This document shows, piece after piece, positions 29,019 to 40,224 of a DNA stretch of 48,024 bases. Position 1 is the first letter of the stretch; each line of letters opens with the position of its first letter. The position numbers and the translations under genes are program-made. Under the pieces are notes generated by a model. The model was not told the origin of the DNA, ran no database searches, and worked only from the letters and a program-made list of their open reading frames with translations. Location of the stretch: the NCBI GenBank assembly GCA_010093745.1, contig MU005964.1, forward strand, positions 372,001 through 420,024, written 5' to 3'. Source of the stretch: Piedraia hortae CBS 480.64 (lineage: Eukaryota).

Positions 29019-29363
29019 GATTCGTGTGGCTCAGCTGCAACAGCTACGCAAACATGACGGACGCTTATGGGATGAGGCATCCGGCATTCATTCTACAGCC
29101 AGAGTAAATACGTTCAAAGAATGAATGGGCGCCACTCGGGGGGGGGGGAGTGTGGCGTTTCAGTTATTTTGTAAAAGAACCTCTCCCGCGTTCGCCCTGC
29201 CTTCCCTGGCTGTTCAGCCGTGGCAGACCCACAGCAGCTTCTGGTGAAACCCCACGCACAGCCACAAATAATCCCTGCGAAACCGGGACAGCTGCATGTC
29301 ATCCACACCCGACAGCTTCTGCCGGGGGCCCCTCACATTAACTCGTGCTATGTAAGACGACTG

Positions 29364-30076
29364 CTACTGCCCTCCAATGTTACTGCCCAGTCGCTCGCCC
29401 ACTCCGCTGGCCAATTTGTGGTCAGCAGGGTTTGCAGCTGCCTCGTACAGGAAGCTGATTGGTTCCTTGTTGAGCTTCATCCACTCGCCCTTGAAGCCAA
29501 TGTAGCTAATCCTCGTCTCCTCTTCCTCGCCACGGCTCCAGTTGTCCTCGAAAAAGAGGCCCAACGACCTAACCGTGCTGAACAACGCCCGCTTGACGGG
29601 AATCTCCTGCAACTCGTTAGACTGGGCCAGTTCCAGCTTCTGCGTGGCCGCAAGAGATGAAGCGGTGGAGAAGTCGAGATCATCGCGGTTCGCATACACT
29701 TTCAACGTCATCGGCGCACAGTTGCTGGCCGAAGTGCGAATGAGGATGCTGTGCAGGCGAACCTGGCCAGTGAAGCTGTGCTCTATCAATCATCCATAAC
29801 ACTGCATTTGAAGTAAATGTGCACCGGATGCCAGACATACGGGATATGCATGAGAAGCTGCTCATCTGCGTCACTACAAAGCTCTGGCTCGGCATCCATC
29901 CGTTGGGCCCAGGTTTTTTGCACAACCTTGGCACCGGCACTGGCTTCAGACTCGTTTAGCGTAACGATGGCCGAAAAATCCACTTGTTCGTAGATGTGGC
30001 GTTCCAGTGCAGAGACGACATCATCGGAGTGATCATGACCATCACAAGAGCCATGCTCGTGTTGGCAATGCGCCAT
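29364..30076 (-). CDS. PITH (DUF1000) domain protein, PITHD1-like; exons 30076-29841 and 29775-29364
   Basis: His-rich N-terminus, TLNESE, SDADEQLLMHIP|FTGQVRLHSI, IGFKGEW, YEAAANPADH. A 65-nt intron 29840-29776 (GTATGT..CAG) joins the two ORFs in frame (215 aa). Confidence 0.93.
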
Positions 30077-30445
30077 GATGTTTCCTCTTGGCCGGATCAG
30101 CGGTCAATCATTACAATGTGGCGCGACACGTGGGCGGCACGTGGACATGCGTTAATCACATGTAAAGACACTGTCAACACGGCAGGCAACCAATCACAAG
30201 CCAGGTCCGGTTTAAACCACCAGCGCATTACTGACGAGGGGCTGGCGCAGTGGAGAGTTTCCTAACGTTCTTTCGACCCGCTCCTTCCGTTTTAGTAGGC
30301 CTTTACGTGGTTGTTGTCTCTCAGCGCCATCGCTAGAACAGTCGCGACAACCCGCGCCCAACCCGCGAACCAACGGGCGGCGGGATGGAGCGAATCAGGA
30401 TTTAGGCAGGAGCATTGATCTTGTTCGGAAACAAGGTCGGCTGTC

Positions 30446-33355
30446 ATGACCGATTGCGCACAAATAAACAGACACCGGACAGCACAGAAAGACACGAAGA
30501 CGCGGTCGCATATGTCTGGCGACAAGAGCGCGCGCACGAAACGCGGGCGATCAGCCCACCGTCGTTCGGGCAGCACGGCCGTCATCACGTCAATCATCGA
30601 GACATTCGAAGCTTTCCCCACATCGTCAGGCCGACGACAGACGGATGACTCAGGCCCTGGGACCACACACGATGACGGCTTTGCGCGCATTGTCGCGGAT
30701 AGTTTGCGACAAGATGCAGCCCCATCACCGGCCATCCACACGTCGAGGTCTCCGTCCAGAGTATCCAACGGTACTACTTCTTTGCGGCGCCTCGATCATG
30801 CGTCCAGCAACTTCAGCCTCAAGCCTCCATCGATAGGCTCTCGTCAGAGTTCATGGTCTGGTCAGTCCCGAGATGGAAAGCAGGGATCGGCGAAGAGCAG
30901 ATATAGCGCCGAAAGTTGGATCAGACAAGTTGCCAGTGGCGAGCGCATCAGCGAAAAGGCCGCAAGGCAACGACCGTTGAGGAGAGTCACGTCTCGGGAT
31001 GCTCTTAGACAGGATGGACTCAAACAAAGTGCCAGTCCTCCAGTAATCAAGGCTGACCCCAAAGCCTTGTCCCGGATAGAAGGCATTATCGTGGATGAGG
31101 CTCCACAATTATCGGCCAGTAGCGCGGAATGGCTATGCTTGGCAGATGCTGTGAGCGAAGACGAAGGTGTTCCCCCAAAGCCTCCCCCAAAGCCTTGGCA
31201 GGCCAGAAGCTCAAGCCGTAGCACTATTACACCTACCAAAGACAAGGAAAAACTGCCCCATTCCTCGCCAGAAAACCCCGCTCGGGCTGCACCAACCCCC
31301 AGCTTGATCCCTACCCGTAAGTCCTCACTCTTGTCGAGTGGAAAGCGTGCATCACCGCGGAACCGCGAAAATGTAGCACCACCGAAGAGCATTGGAGAGG
31401 ACAGAGTGCATCATGGTCGCGACCGAGCCTTGCCCGATCTCGAGTTGACGTTGGATGACCTGGACGAAGAAGACAGCACGGTGAAGCGGATCAAAGAGCT
31501 TAGGGAACAACACAAAACGCGAATCCAGCGTCAGAACATACCTGCGGCCGTACGCCTACCGTCATTCAAGTCAGATATTGAGCCTACTCGCCCGGCCAGT
31601 GATGACTCCCAGATCACGCCCGAGCGGGAAATATTCCAGCAAGGAACGCCTGGGTCAGCGCAAAAGGCATACCGACTCTTAGGCCTCCAGGATGGTGCTC
31701 CGATGTCTGTCCTGACCGACGCACTGCAATCCGGAATTTCGAGCCCCGAGAGAATGCCATCTAGGGAAGAGAGACCTCGCCATCTCTCACGTTTAGAAGA
31801 ACTTGTATTTCACGACGACGGGCTTTCGGCGTCATCGGGCAGTCCAGAGCTGGCTCTTGAATATTCGTATTCGAAAGCCCTTCAAGTGCTAGGCTCCGCT
31901 CCACCCAAGGGTGGTTTGCACCAAAACCGCACAGCGCGGGAGCGATCGAGTAGTTCTGGTACAACAAAGTCACTAGACTTACCTCCTCTAACCCGACCAC
32001 AGTTGACTTCTCATTCGTCTCTGCAACGACCTCAGAGTGATCGCCGGAATCTTGATGAAAAAAGTGCGTGGAGTGCAACGCCCCCGTCGTCGAGCAAACG
32101 ACAAGGTCTGAAACGATCCATGACAAGCACGAGGCGGGCTCGAGATACTGAGAACCAACGAGAGCTGGGCAGACAGGACAGCATCGAAATGTCGGTTCTG
32201 AGAACCCTACAGGCGCCCAGATTGAATAGGAAGCTCAGCCATCCAGCAACAGGACGAGTAATCAGCTATTCGGATGTTGGCGATCCCACTGGAAAGGCTG
32301 TTTTTGTATGTGCTGGCATGGGCCTTACGCGATACGTGTCTGCATTCTATGAGGAATTGGCTTCTACGCTGCGGCTACGGCTGATTACGGTAGACCGGCC
32401 TGGTGTCGGAGGCAGCGAGCCTTATCCGCAATCTGACCGTCGTGGTCCGTTAGCATGGCCAGATGACATTTTTGTGATATGCCAGCATCTGGGTATAAAG
32501 GAACTAAGCCTCCTCGCACACTCTGCTGGCACTATCTACGCGCTGGCCGTGGCACTTACCTTTCCCGAACTCATCCGCGGGAAGATACATCTCTTGGCAC
32601 CTTGGATTCCACCCAGCCAACTACAGGCTGATACAACCGTATCAATGGCTCGGGGGCTGCCACGAAGTCAACGGCTTCTACGTGTTCTGCCGCCATCATT
32701 CCTCAAGGCAGCCAATTCCTCTTTCATGACGGCCACTTCGTCTTCGACCAGACCTGCCGCCCGTCGACCGAGTAGCACAAGCAGGGATCGGTCAGTAGAG
32801 GCATCCTCGTCTGAACAACGCGGGACTCCTTTGTGGCGAGATCGCAGCTCAACCATGCTGTTGGATTGGATAATGCCCGGTAATACGGCAAGGTCAAACA
32901 GCCCAAGATTTGACGGCGAGACACTGGCAACAGCAGCCAACGTCTCGCCCATGCGGCCAGATCCTGCATCCGTGTTGGACACGCCTCAGGAGGCCAAGCA
33001 CACGGACAAGCAGAGGCAGGCCGAGTTTACGAGCCGCCTGACACAACGAACGTGGGAGTTGGCAACGCGAGATAGTAATCCGGCCACCGACTTGCTAGTG
33101 TGCCTGGAGCGGAATCGTGACATTGGCTTCCGCTACACGGACGTAAGGCGACAACTGGTCATCACGCACGGCACCGAAGACAAGCGTGTACCGTTGGCCA
33201 ATGTGAAGTGGCTCGTGGATCAGTTCAACGTTTGCAGCTATGATATGGGCTCTAAGCCCAGATGTGAGTTGCGGGTGCTTCCAGGCGAAGGACATGGGCT
33301 CATGGCCAGTGCGCCCATCATGGGCGGCGTCCTGACCGAGCTCGCTGGTTATTGA
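30446..33355 (+). CDS. Alpha/beta-hydrolase-fold protein with long disordered N-terminus
   Basis: GRVISYSDVGDPTG, LITVDRPGVGGS, nucleophile elbow AHSAG, HGTEDKRVP, GEGHGL. Start could instead be ATG 30512. Confidence 0.88.
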   Translation: MTDCAQINRHRTAQKDTKTRSHMSGDKSARTKRGRSAHRRSGSTAVITSIIETFEAFPTSSGRRQTDDSGPGTTHDDGFARIVADSLRQDAAPSPAIHTSRSPSRVSNGTTSLRRLDHASSNFSLKPPSIGSRQSSWSGQSRDGKQGSAKSRYSAESWIRQVASGERISEKAARQRPLRRVTSRDALRQDGLKQSASPPVIKADPKALSRIEGIIVDEAPQLSASSAEWLCLADAVSEDEGVPPKPPPKPWQARSSSRSTITPTKDKEKLPHSSPENPARAAPTPSLIPTRKSSLLSSGKRASPRNRENVAPPKSIGEDRVHHGRDRALPDLELTLDDLDEEDSTVKRIKELREQHKTRIQRQNIPAAVRLPSFKSDIEPTRPASDDSQITPEREIFQQGTPGSAQKAYRLLGLQDGAPMSVLTDALQSGISSPERMPSREERPRHLSRLEELVFHDDGLSASSGSPELALEYSYSKALQVLGSAPPKGGLHQNRTARERSSSSGTTKSLDLPPLTRPQLTSHSSLQRPQSDRRNLDEKSAWSATPPSSSKRQGLKRSMTSTRRARDTENQRELGRQDSIEMSVLRTLQAPRLNRKLSHPATGRVISYSDVGDPTGKAVFVCAGMGLTRYVSAFYEELASTLRLRLITVDRPGVGGSEPYPQSDRRGPLAWPDDIFVICQHLGIKELSLLAHSAGTIYALAVALTFPELIRGKIHLLAPWIPPSQLQADTTVSMARGLPRSQRLLRVLPPSFLKAANSSFMTATSSSTRPAARRPSSTSRDRSVEASSSEQRGTPLWRDRSSTMLLDWIMPGNTARSNSPRFDGETLATAANVSPMRPDPASVLDTPQEAKHTDKQRQAEFTSRLTQRTWELATRDSNPATDLLVCLERNRDIGFRYTDVRRQLVITHGTEDKRVPLANVKWLVDQFNVCSYDMGSKPRCELRVLPGEGHGLMASAPIMGGVLTELAGY

Positions 33356-33921
33356 ATTGCTTAACGGTGTTGTACTATAGCATGATGGTTCACGATACCC
33401 ATGGGGGCAACCTGGTTAATGAAACGATGGTTAGTTTTAACTCAACGTCTCATTTCCTGTTGGTGTAGTTGCGCTTCCCACCCGGGGCTTGGCACCCGTT
33501 GTCCATGGCAACGGGCATGACAATGCCTTGGTATAATCCTCTGCCGCCGATCACCCTTCCTACCCTTTCCCATCTACCGTGCTGAACAAACGCATCGACG
33601 AGGTTCAACTCATCGTATTGTTTGCTGTTGAGTTCTGTTGAGGTTAGGTGGTTGGGGATCGACTGAGACCAGCCTCCTCCCAGCCTCCAAACCTTGGCCT
33701 CGAATTTGCGGGACTTTACTGACATTTGCAGACACTCCTACCTCTCCCACATTCCTCCTACACATCACATTCCATCTCACCGAGTGACGCGCACCCCGCC
33801 GTGACACCGGAGCCGCTATCCCACGTTTTGGCTTACTCACACACACCATACGTTCAGGTTGACTTACATTCCAGTGCCAGACAGCATTCCTCGCCCACGC
33901 TACACGCACGAGGCAGTCGCG

Positions 33922-34987
33922 ATGGGAATGGCGCCCCACTTGTCGCTCGGGCTGGCCGCCGGCGTTCTGCTGGCATCGCTGTCAACCGTTTCTGCCAACC
34001 CCGCCCCCGCACTGTCATCGCGGGCCGGCTTCAGCTTTGACGCCCTCTTTGCGCGCTGGGACTGTGAGGGCCAGCTCTGCGGATACAACCAACAATTGTG
34101 CTGCACCGGCGGCCAGGCTTGTTACACCGACTCTTCTAACCAGGCACAGTGTGGAGCGGCCCAAACCCAGGCGGGTGCAGGAGCTGGAAGCGGATGGGTT
34201 GAGACATTGACAACGACACGCTGGGGCACCGAGGCGCCTTCGCAGTCGACATGGGCTCCCGCTACAGCTTCGATCTCTTGCAACGAGGCCAACAACGAGT
34301 CGCCCTGTGGCAACCTGTGCTGCTCCAGCGGCCAGTACTGCTACGTTCTCGGCACTTGTAGGCCTGCCACGGGAGGCTCGACGACCAGCGCTGGTGCGAC
34401 GACGGCTGCCGGGGCTCCAATTCTGGGTACTTCTAGCGCCATCACGACGGTCACAGCTCCGTCCACAACGGTCCCCTTCGAGACACCCGTGGCTACCGGG
34501 GCCAATGTGACGCTTTCCAACACTTCGACTAACAACTCACAAGGGCTTAGTGGCGGAACGATTGCCGGAATCGTCATCGGAACCCTGGCTGGCCTAGCTC
34601 TTCTCGCTCTCTTGTGTCTCCTCTGCAGCCGACGCCGCAAGCGCCGTACGGTTAAGGTCGAGGAGTATGAGCGCTACTCTCACCGCAGCCATGGCCATGA
34701 TGACCGCAAATGGTACGGTGGTCGTCAAGATCGCCGCCACAGCCATGCCAAAGAAGCTGCCGGTGCCGCTGTCGGGCTCGCAGCTCTCTGGACTGCCCTC
34801 GGCTTCAAGAAGCGGCGCGAGCAGCGCAGACATGATGACAAAATGTCCGAATACACATCGACGACTTCGTACTTCACAAACACCACCAGCACGAGTGAGT
34901 ATATTACAGACTAATGCCAGCTTTCGCTAACTATTATTAGGCAGTTCTAGCTCCGACCGAGACACAAGGAGGAGCTCCAGACGCTAA
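33922..34987 (+). CDS. Cys-rich, S/T-rich single-pass membrane protein (Mid2/Wsc-like topology); exons 33922-34894, 34941-34987
   Basis: Signal peptide (MAPHLSLGLAAGVLLASLSTVSA), two C..CG..CC..GQ.CY modules, S/T stalk, GLSGGTIAGIVIG TM followed by RRRKRR. A 46-nt intron 34895-34940 (GTGAGT..GCTAAC..TAG) removes the ORF stop and gives the end SSSSSDRDTRRSSRR*. Start may be 33928. Confidence 0.82.
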
Positions 34988-35285
34988 TCTGCCGGGACCA
35001 AGCCCGAGTTTGATGAGACATGACGAATAACGGTGATTGTAGCATGGACGTTTTGCATGCATTGCGACGGGCGTTATGGGAATAGAGAATACAGGCAACA
35101 CGTAACGTGTAATGTTTTACTGTCCGATGGTGGGTGGGGATTGACCGGAATGTACATAGCGCCATCAATGATTCAATCTCTGGGGTCTGAATTCTGATCG
35201 AGAGTAGCCAAAGTTGCCCCTTCGGCAGTTCCCGTCACCTTCTTTTTTCCGATTCAAAACACACAGAGACACTGATAAAAACAAA

Positions 35286-36983
35286 ATGGCAAAGCGCAAA
35301 CGAAGCACGCGCGCGCCAACCCCTTCAGAACCAAATATTGACGTCGACGACTCTCGAAAAGGTATCACGGATTTTCGCGACGTGGCCGATAGCGAGGATG
35401 AATTCTTCCTTGGCAGAGACGAAGTTCCCCTGCAAGGCCCCGAAGCCAAGAGACGCAAGCAGAAAGAGGAGGAAGACAACCAGCTTTCAGATGAAGAAGT
35501 ACTGGACTACTCCGGGGAAGAGCAGGAAGCGGGTGAGAGCGATGGCGAAGATGAAGAGGAATGGGGTGTAACGAATGAGGCCCTCTATGGAGCTAATGAA
35601 ATTGAAACGGAGGAGCAGGCTTTCGAAGAAGAGCGGGAAGCCATCAAACTGCAAAAGAAAACTCTGCAGCAGATGCAAGCCGAAGACTTTGCGTTTGATC
35701 CTCATGAATGGGGTCAAGCAGATGCTGAGCCCGAGCCTTTAGACGCAGCGGATCCCCAAACTGACATTCCCAGCACAGATGGGCTGAGCGAGGCAGAGAA
35801 GCTTAAGCTGCTCAAGTCCTTCTACCCCGAATTCATACCTCTTAGCAAAGAACTTTTGCACATGGAGCAGACATCGGCCTCTTTGGAAACCGGCAGCACC
35901 CGCGCCAGAGCAGCAGCCGCATACCGCGGGGCTTTGCAAATGTATTTTCTAATCCTAATGTCAAGCACAGCAAGTGGAGATGCACCGTTCAAAGCAATGC
36001 CACCAAGCCAGCTACGTCAGCATCCAATCATGGACACGCTGGAACGGTGTCGGGAGACGTGGCTAAATGTACAGAATTTGCGGCAGGAACATACTTCAAG
36101 CAAGCCAGTGTATACTCTGCAAGAGCCCGTAGTAACCGAACCACAATCAGATGACACTGCAGCAGAACCCAAGCAGCCGAAGAAGAAACGAGCCGAAAAG
36201 GCAGCAAGGGCTGCTAAAGGGAAACTTCAACCTGCCAATGCTGACCGCTTGGCCAAGACTGAAGCCGATCTGGCCGCCCTTGATTCGTTGCTAACCACAA
36301 ATCGCCCAACGAAGCGTCGAGTAGTCGCTCATGCGTCGGAGATAGGAGACGAGGAACCCCTTAATGCTCATGAAGCCCAGGAAAGAGCCAATCGGAAGAA
36401 GAGCCTACGTTTCTACACGTCGCACATTGCCCAAAAGGCCTACATGAGAGAGGCAAACAGTCGTAATGCCGGTGGTGACGATGACCTGCCTTATCGTGAG
36501 CGCCTAAGAGATCGGCAAGCACGCTTGAATGCTGAGGCTGAAAAGCGTGGCCGACGAACTGCCAATACTGACGCAGACATGGGAGCCTCCAGCGACGGGG
36601 AGGAAGCAGTTGACAATGCCGGCGAAGATGATTACTACCAGCTCATCGCCTCACGCTCCTCTCGGAAAAAGGCCAGCAAGGCGGCGTTGGCAGAAGTACA
36701 CAAGAACGCCGCATTGCAAGGCGGAAGGGTGGTTGAAGAGGAAATTGTGGATCCCGATGGGAAACGCAAAATCACTTACAACATAGAGAAGAACAAGGGC
36801 CTGACTCCGCACCGGAAGAAGGAAGTGCGCAATCCGCGCGTGAGAAGGAGGGTGAAGTATGGTCAGAAACAGAAGAAAATCAGCTCGATGAAGCCCATCT
36901 ACAAAGGCGGCGAGGGTCGTGGAGGGTATGCGGGAGAATTGACGGGAATCAAGAAGAATCTCGTCAAGAGCACCAAGCTGTAG
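35286..36983 (+). CDS. UTP3: SSU processome component Utp3/Sas10
   Basis: MAKRKR start, acidic N-terminus, YPEFIPL, HPIM, SLRFYTSHI, GGDDDLPYRER, C-terminal KRKITYNIEKNKGLTPHRKKEVRNPRV...YAGELTGIKKNLVKSTKL. Confidence 0.95.
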   Translation: MAKRKRSTRAPTPSEPNIDVDDSRKGITDFRDVADSEDEFFLGRDEVPLQGPEAKRRKQKEEEDNQLSDEEVLDYSGEEQEAGESDGEDEEEWGVTNEALYGANEIETEEQAFEEEREAIKLQKKTLQQMQAEDFAFDPHEWGQADAEPEPLDAADPQTDIPSTDGLSEAEKLKLLKSFYPEFIPLSKELLHMEQTSASLETGSTRARAAAAYRGALQMYFLILMSSTASGDAPFKAMPPSQLRQHPIMDTLERCRETWLNVQNLRQEHTSSKPVYTLQEPVVTEPQSDDTAAEPKQPKKKRAEKAARAAKGKLQPANADRLAKTEADLAALDSLLTTNRPTKRRVVAHASEIGDEEPLNAHEAQERANRKKSLRFYTSHIAQKAYMREANSRNAGGDDDLPYRERLRDRQARLNAEAEKRGRRTANTDADMGASSDGEEAVDNAGEDDYYQLIASRSSRKKASKAALAEVHKNAALQGGRVVEEEIVDPDGKRKITYNIEKNKGLTPHRKKEVRNPRVRRRVKYGQKQKKISSMKPIYKGGEGRGGYAGELTGIKKNLVKSTKL

Positions 36984-37652
36984 ATAGACAAGTGATAGCA
37001 GTGTAGATGCCCAAGACTGTGCCGTGATAAGCTTTCGGCCAGCCGTTTGTCTCCGTAATTCGGCGTTGGCAATCGATGATATACCGAATTTCGCCTATGT
37101 GATGCGGCTGAACACTCAGCCGTGTTGCGATGCGTACGAATTGAAATCGTTTGAACGCTGTAAATTAAGTCCCCAACGTAAACGTGATGGTGGAGACGAT
37201 GCTGATCGCCTCGGACCGAGAGACCGGGCATCTTAATTGTCAAAGCATAGACGTTATTGGGCAGTAACCGCTTATAAGATGCAAGCTAGACGACGCCCGC
37301 CCACATTCAACCAACAGCTGTGCAAAGTCAGATTAAGCGTCCGGTTAGCCGGAATCCAATGACCTAGGGTATGGTATGGATCATCATGATGTCGAAAGTC
37401 GCTTTACCAATTTGAGCAAAGCCCTGGCTGACGCCATGCAAAATCACGTCATTTCGCGTGATTAGATTCACCAGTCTTACCGACTTTTTCTACCGCAGCG
37501 CCACATTTGCAACTGCAGTCCCAGCAATTTCCACACTTGTCTCTGCGTTGCGACCGAGATCTGAACCAGCGTCAAATGCTGATATCTATTACCGGCATCG
37601 AACCTCTCTTGCATTTTAGGGGCTGCTTCGTGCGCTCCATCGGCTCTATCAA

Positions 37653-39284
37653 ATGGCGGGAAACGATCCCCGTCTGAACACTGGCGACCATGACAGTTTC
37701 TCGTCCAACTTGGCTGCTGCCGAGAAGGGCGGCGTCGAAGGTCAGGTCCCAACCCGCAAGATGAGTCGAATCGACAAGCCCGTTACAAAGCCCATATACG
37801 CCGGTGACGACGATTCTTCGGATAATTCTATCTCGGTGAGCAAACAAATGGAGCTCGAGGCTGGAAATGCCATCAAATACAGAACCTGCAGTTGGTATAA
37901 GGTATGTTGATTCCCAAAATTTTATAGAACCCGATTAACCATGTCAGACGGCTGCATTGCTCTTTTCCGAGTATATCTGTCTGGCAATCATGTCCTTTCC
38001 TTACTCTTATGCTTACCTGGGCCTGGTTCCCGGGTTGATCTTGACGGTCGTCGTGGCAGCCCTGGTGCTGTACACGTCTCTCACTGTCTGGTAAGTGGAC
38101 CATGTGTGCCATAAATTGCCCCCTCCAACTGACTTCGTAGGGAATTTTGTCTCCGCCATCCAGAAGTCAAAGACGTCTGTGACATTGGTCAAATGCTTTT
38201 TTGGAATAAGAAATGGGCATGGTGGCTCACTGGATCCATGTTTCTTCTAAACAACACCTTCATTCAGGGGTTTCACTGCTTGGTTACCTCGACATATCTC
38301 AACACCATGACCAATCACGGCATGTGTACTGTTGGCTTTGCCGCGATTGCAGCAGTAGTGTCCTTCTTTTGCTCACTGCCTCGCACATTTAGTACTCTTG
38401 CCAAGCTGGCAACACTCAGCGCTTTCTTCACTTTTATCTCGGTACTCTTGGCAGCTATTTTTGCGGGTATCGAAAACCACCCAGGAGGTCCAAAAGGCTC
38501 AAAGTGGCCGACCTTGGGGGCCCCAACAGTTCTCGCGATTCCAGCCCACGGTACTGGCTTCGTAGCTGGCATGAACGCCTTCATGAACATCAGCTACACT
38601 TTTATTGGACAAATCACGATTCCATCATTCATAGCTGAAATGAAGGAGCCAAAAGACTTTCCCAAAGCTCTTTGGGCCGTCACTATCGCCGAGGTGATTC
38701 TTTTTTCCGTTGTTGGAGCCGTCATCTACGCCTTTACCGGAACGAACTACAACACAGCGCCGGCCTTTGGCTCTCTAGGCAACGAGGTGTTCAAAAAGGT
38801 CAGCTTCAGCTTCATGGTACCCACTCTTATCTTCCTTGGCGTTCTATACGCCTCCGTTTCGGCTCGGTTTGTCTTCTTCCGCCTATTCGCCGGCACCCGC
38901 CACCTGGGAAACAATACCGTTATTGGCTGGGCAGGGTGGGCAGGCATCCTCGCCGTCACTTGGGTGCTCGCCTTTCTTATTGCGGAAGTCATCCCGTTCT
39001 TCAGCGATCTTTTGTCTCTGATGAGTTCGTTGTTTGACAGCTTCTTTGGATTCATCTTTTGGGGGGTCGCATATCTGCGAATGCGGAGAGCCGATTACGG
39101 TGCAAGATTTTGGAAGGCACGTGGGGCAAGGGGCATTCTGGGTGCCATTTTCAACGTCTTCCTCATCATGGTTGGCGTCCTCTTCCTAACAGCCGGCACG
39201 TATGCCTCGGTGCAAAGTATCATAACGGGCTACAAGTCCAATGGCTTTGGTGGACCGTTTAGCTGTGCTTCTAATGGTATATAA
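37653..39284 (+). CDS. AAAP-family (Mtr-like) neutral amino acid permease; exons 37653-37901, 37948-38090, 38141-39284
   Basis: Spliced IKYRTCSWYK|TAALLFSEYICLAIMSFPYSY...LGLVPG...W|EFCLRHPEVKDVCDIG, NISYTFIGQ, AEMKEPKDFPKAL, IPFFSDLLSL; introns of 46 and 50 nt with GTATGT/GTAAGT donors. Confidence 0.93.
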
Positions 39285-39329
39285 CGGGAATGCATGTAGT
39301 GGTTTATCTTGGATCTTTGACTCCTTTGC

Positions 39330-39962
39330 TCAGTGCGTCTTCTTTTCTTGATTCCTCTTTCTGTAAATCTCGGCGGTGAAGGGATCTTCGTATGCCAAGG
39401 CCACCTTGTATACGCACCACACCAGGCAACTCAATGCCAGTCCGGCAGGCTTACCCATCCACAATGCTGTGCCGACAAAGCTCATGGTGCTGCCTACATA
39501 CATGGGCGCGGACGAGACATTGAAGGGAAAGCCCGTTACCATGTCATCCATCAAGATGCCAAAGTAATCTCCGAGAAAGGTCCCAGTGATGCCCAGGGCC
39601 CAAAACGAAGTCAAAACAAGAATGTTGCCACACGCGATCAACGCCACGGCCAGTGCGTTGCTTACGGGCCCCTGCAAAAGCTCATGAGCCGGTTGACTGC
39701 GTAACGCGCGCTCATAAGCCGCGTCCCGGGCGATTCCCAGCGTGAAGATTGTAGCCGCCAGCGCGTAGCACGCCCATTCCCGCTTCGGGAACCATCTCGA
39801 CAGTATCTGCTGTTTGTACTCGCTCCGCGCCACAATGTTCCAGAACAGTGGGTTGAAGACGATGAAGCTTGCGGAGACTTGTAAAGGTCAGCCCGATGTC
39901 TGTTCACAGCGGGTTACCACTTTACAGTAGAGCGTCGGCTGCGTAAAGTCGATCAAAGTCAT
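39330..39962 (-). CDS. OPI3: Phosphatidyl-N-methylethanolamine N-methyltransferase; exons 39962-39926, 39877-39330
   Basis: Spliced MTLIDFTQPTLYF-SASFIVFNPLFWNIVARSEY, LGITGTFLGDYFGILM, VTGFPFN, PMYVGST, YEDPFTAEIY; 48-nt intron 39925-39878 (GTAAAG..GCTGAC..AAG). Confidence 0.95.
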
Positions 39963-40224
39963 TGTTCGTGAACGTGCGGAATGATCTCTGGAAGTTTGAG
40001 GTCGTTCATAGATCGGGTTTTTTCGGAAGCACGCCGAATGGCGTGAGTGGGACCAACATCATTTCACAAAAAGATCCATGCAAAGCCGGTCGGAGCCGCT
40101 TTGGGTATGTTACAACAGTTGATAGACATGGCAAGGCGATGCAAACTTCAGAGATTCAGCATTACTGGAATTCAAGTAGCGCAAATTCGGAGTCTACATG
40201 TGCTACGTTAACGGAACATCAAGT

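Noticed and set aside
37055..37092. AATTCGG...CCGAATT, reminiscent of the RNase P P4 helix
   Set aside because: Arms are only ~20 nt apart, in the probable UTP3 3' UTR; far too short for RNase P RNA.
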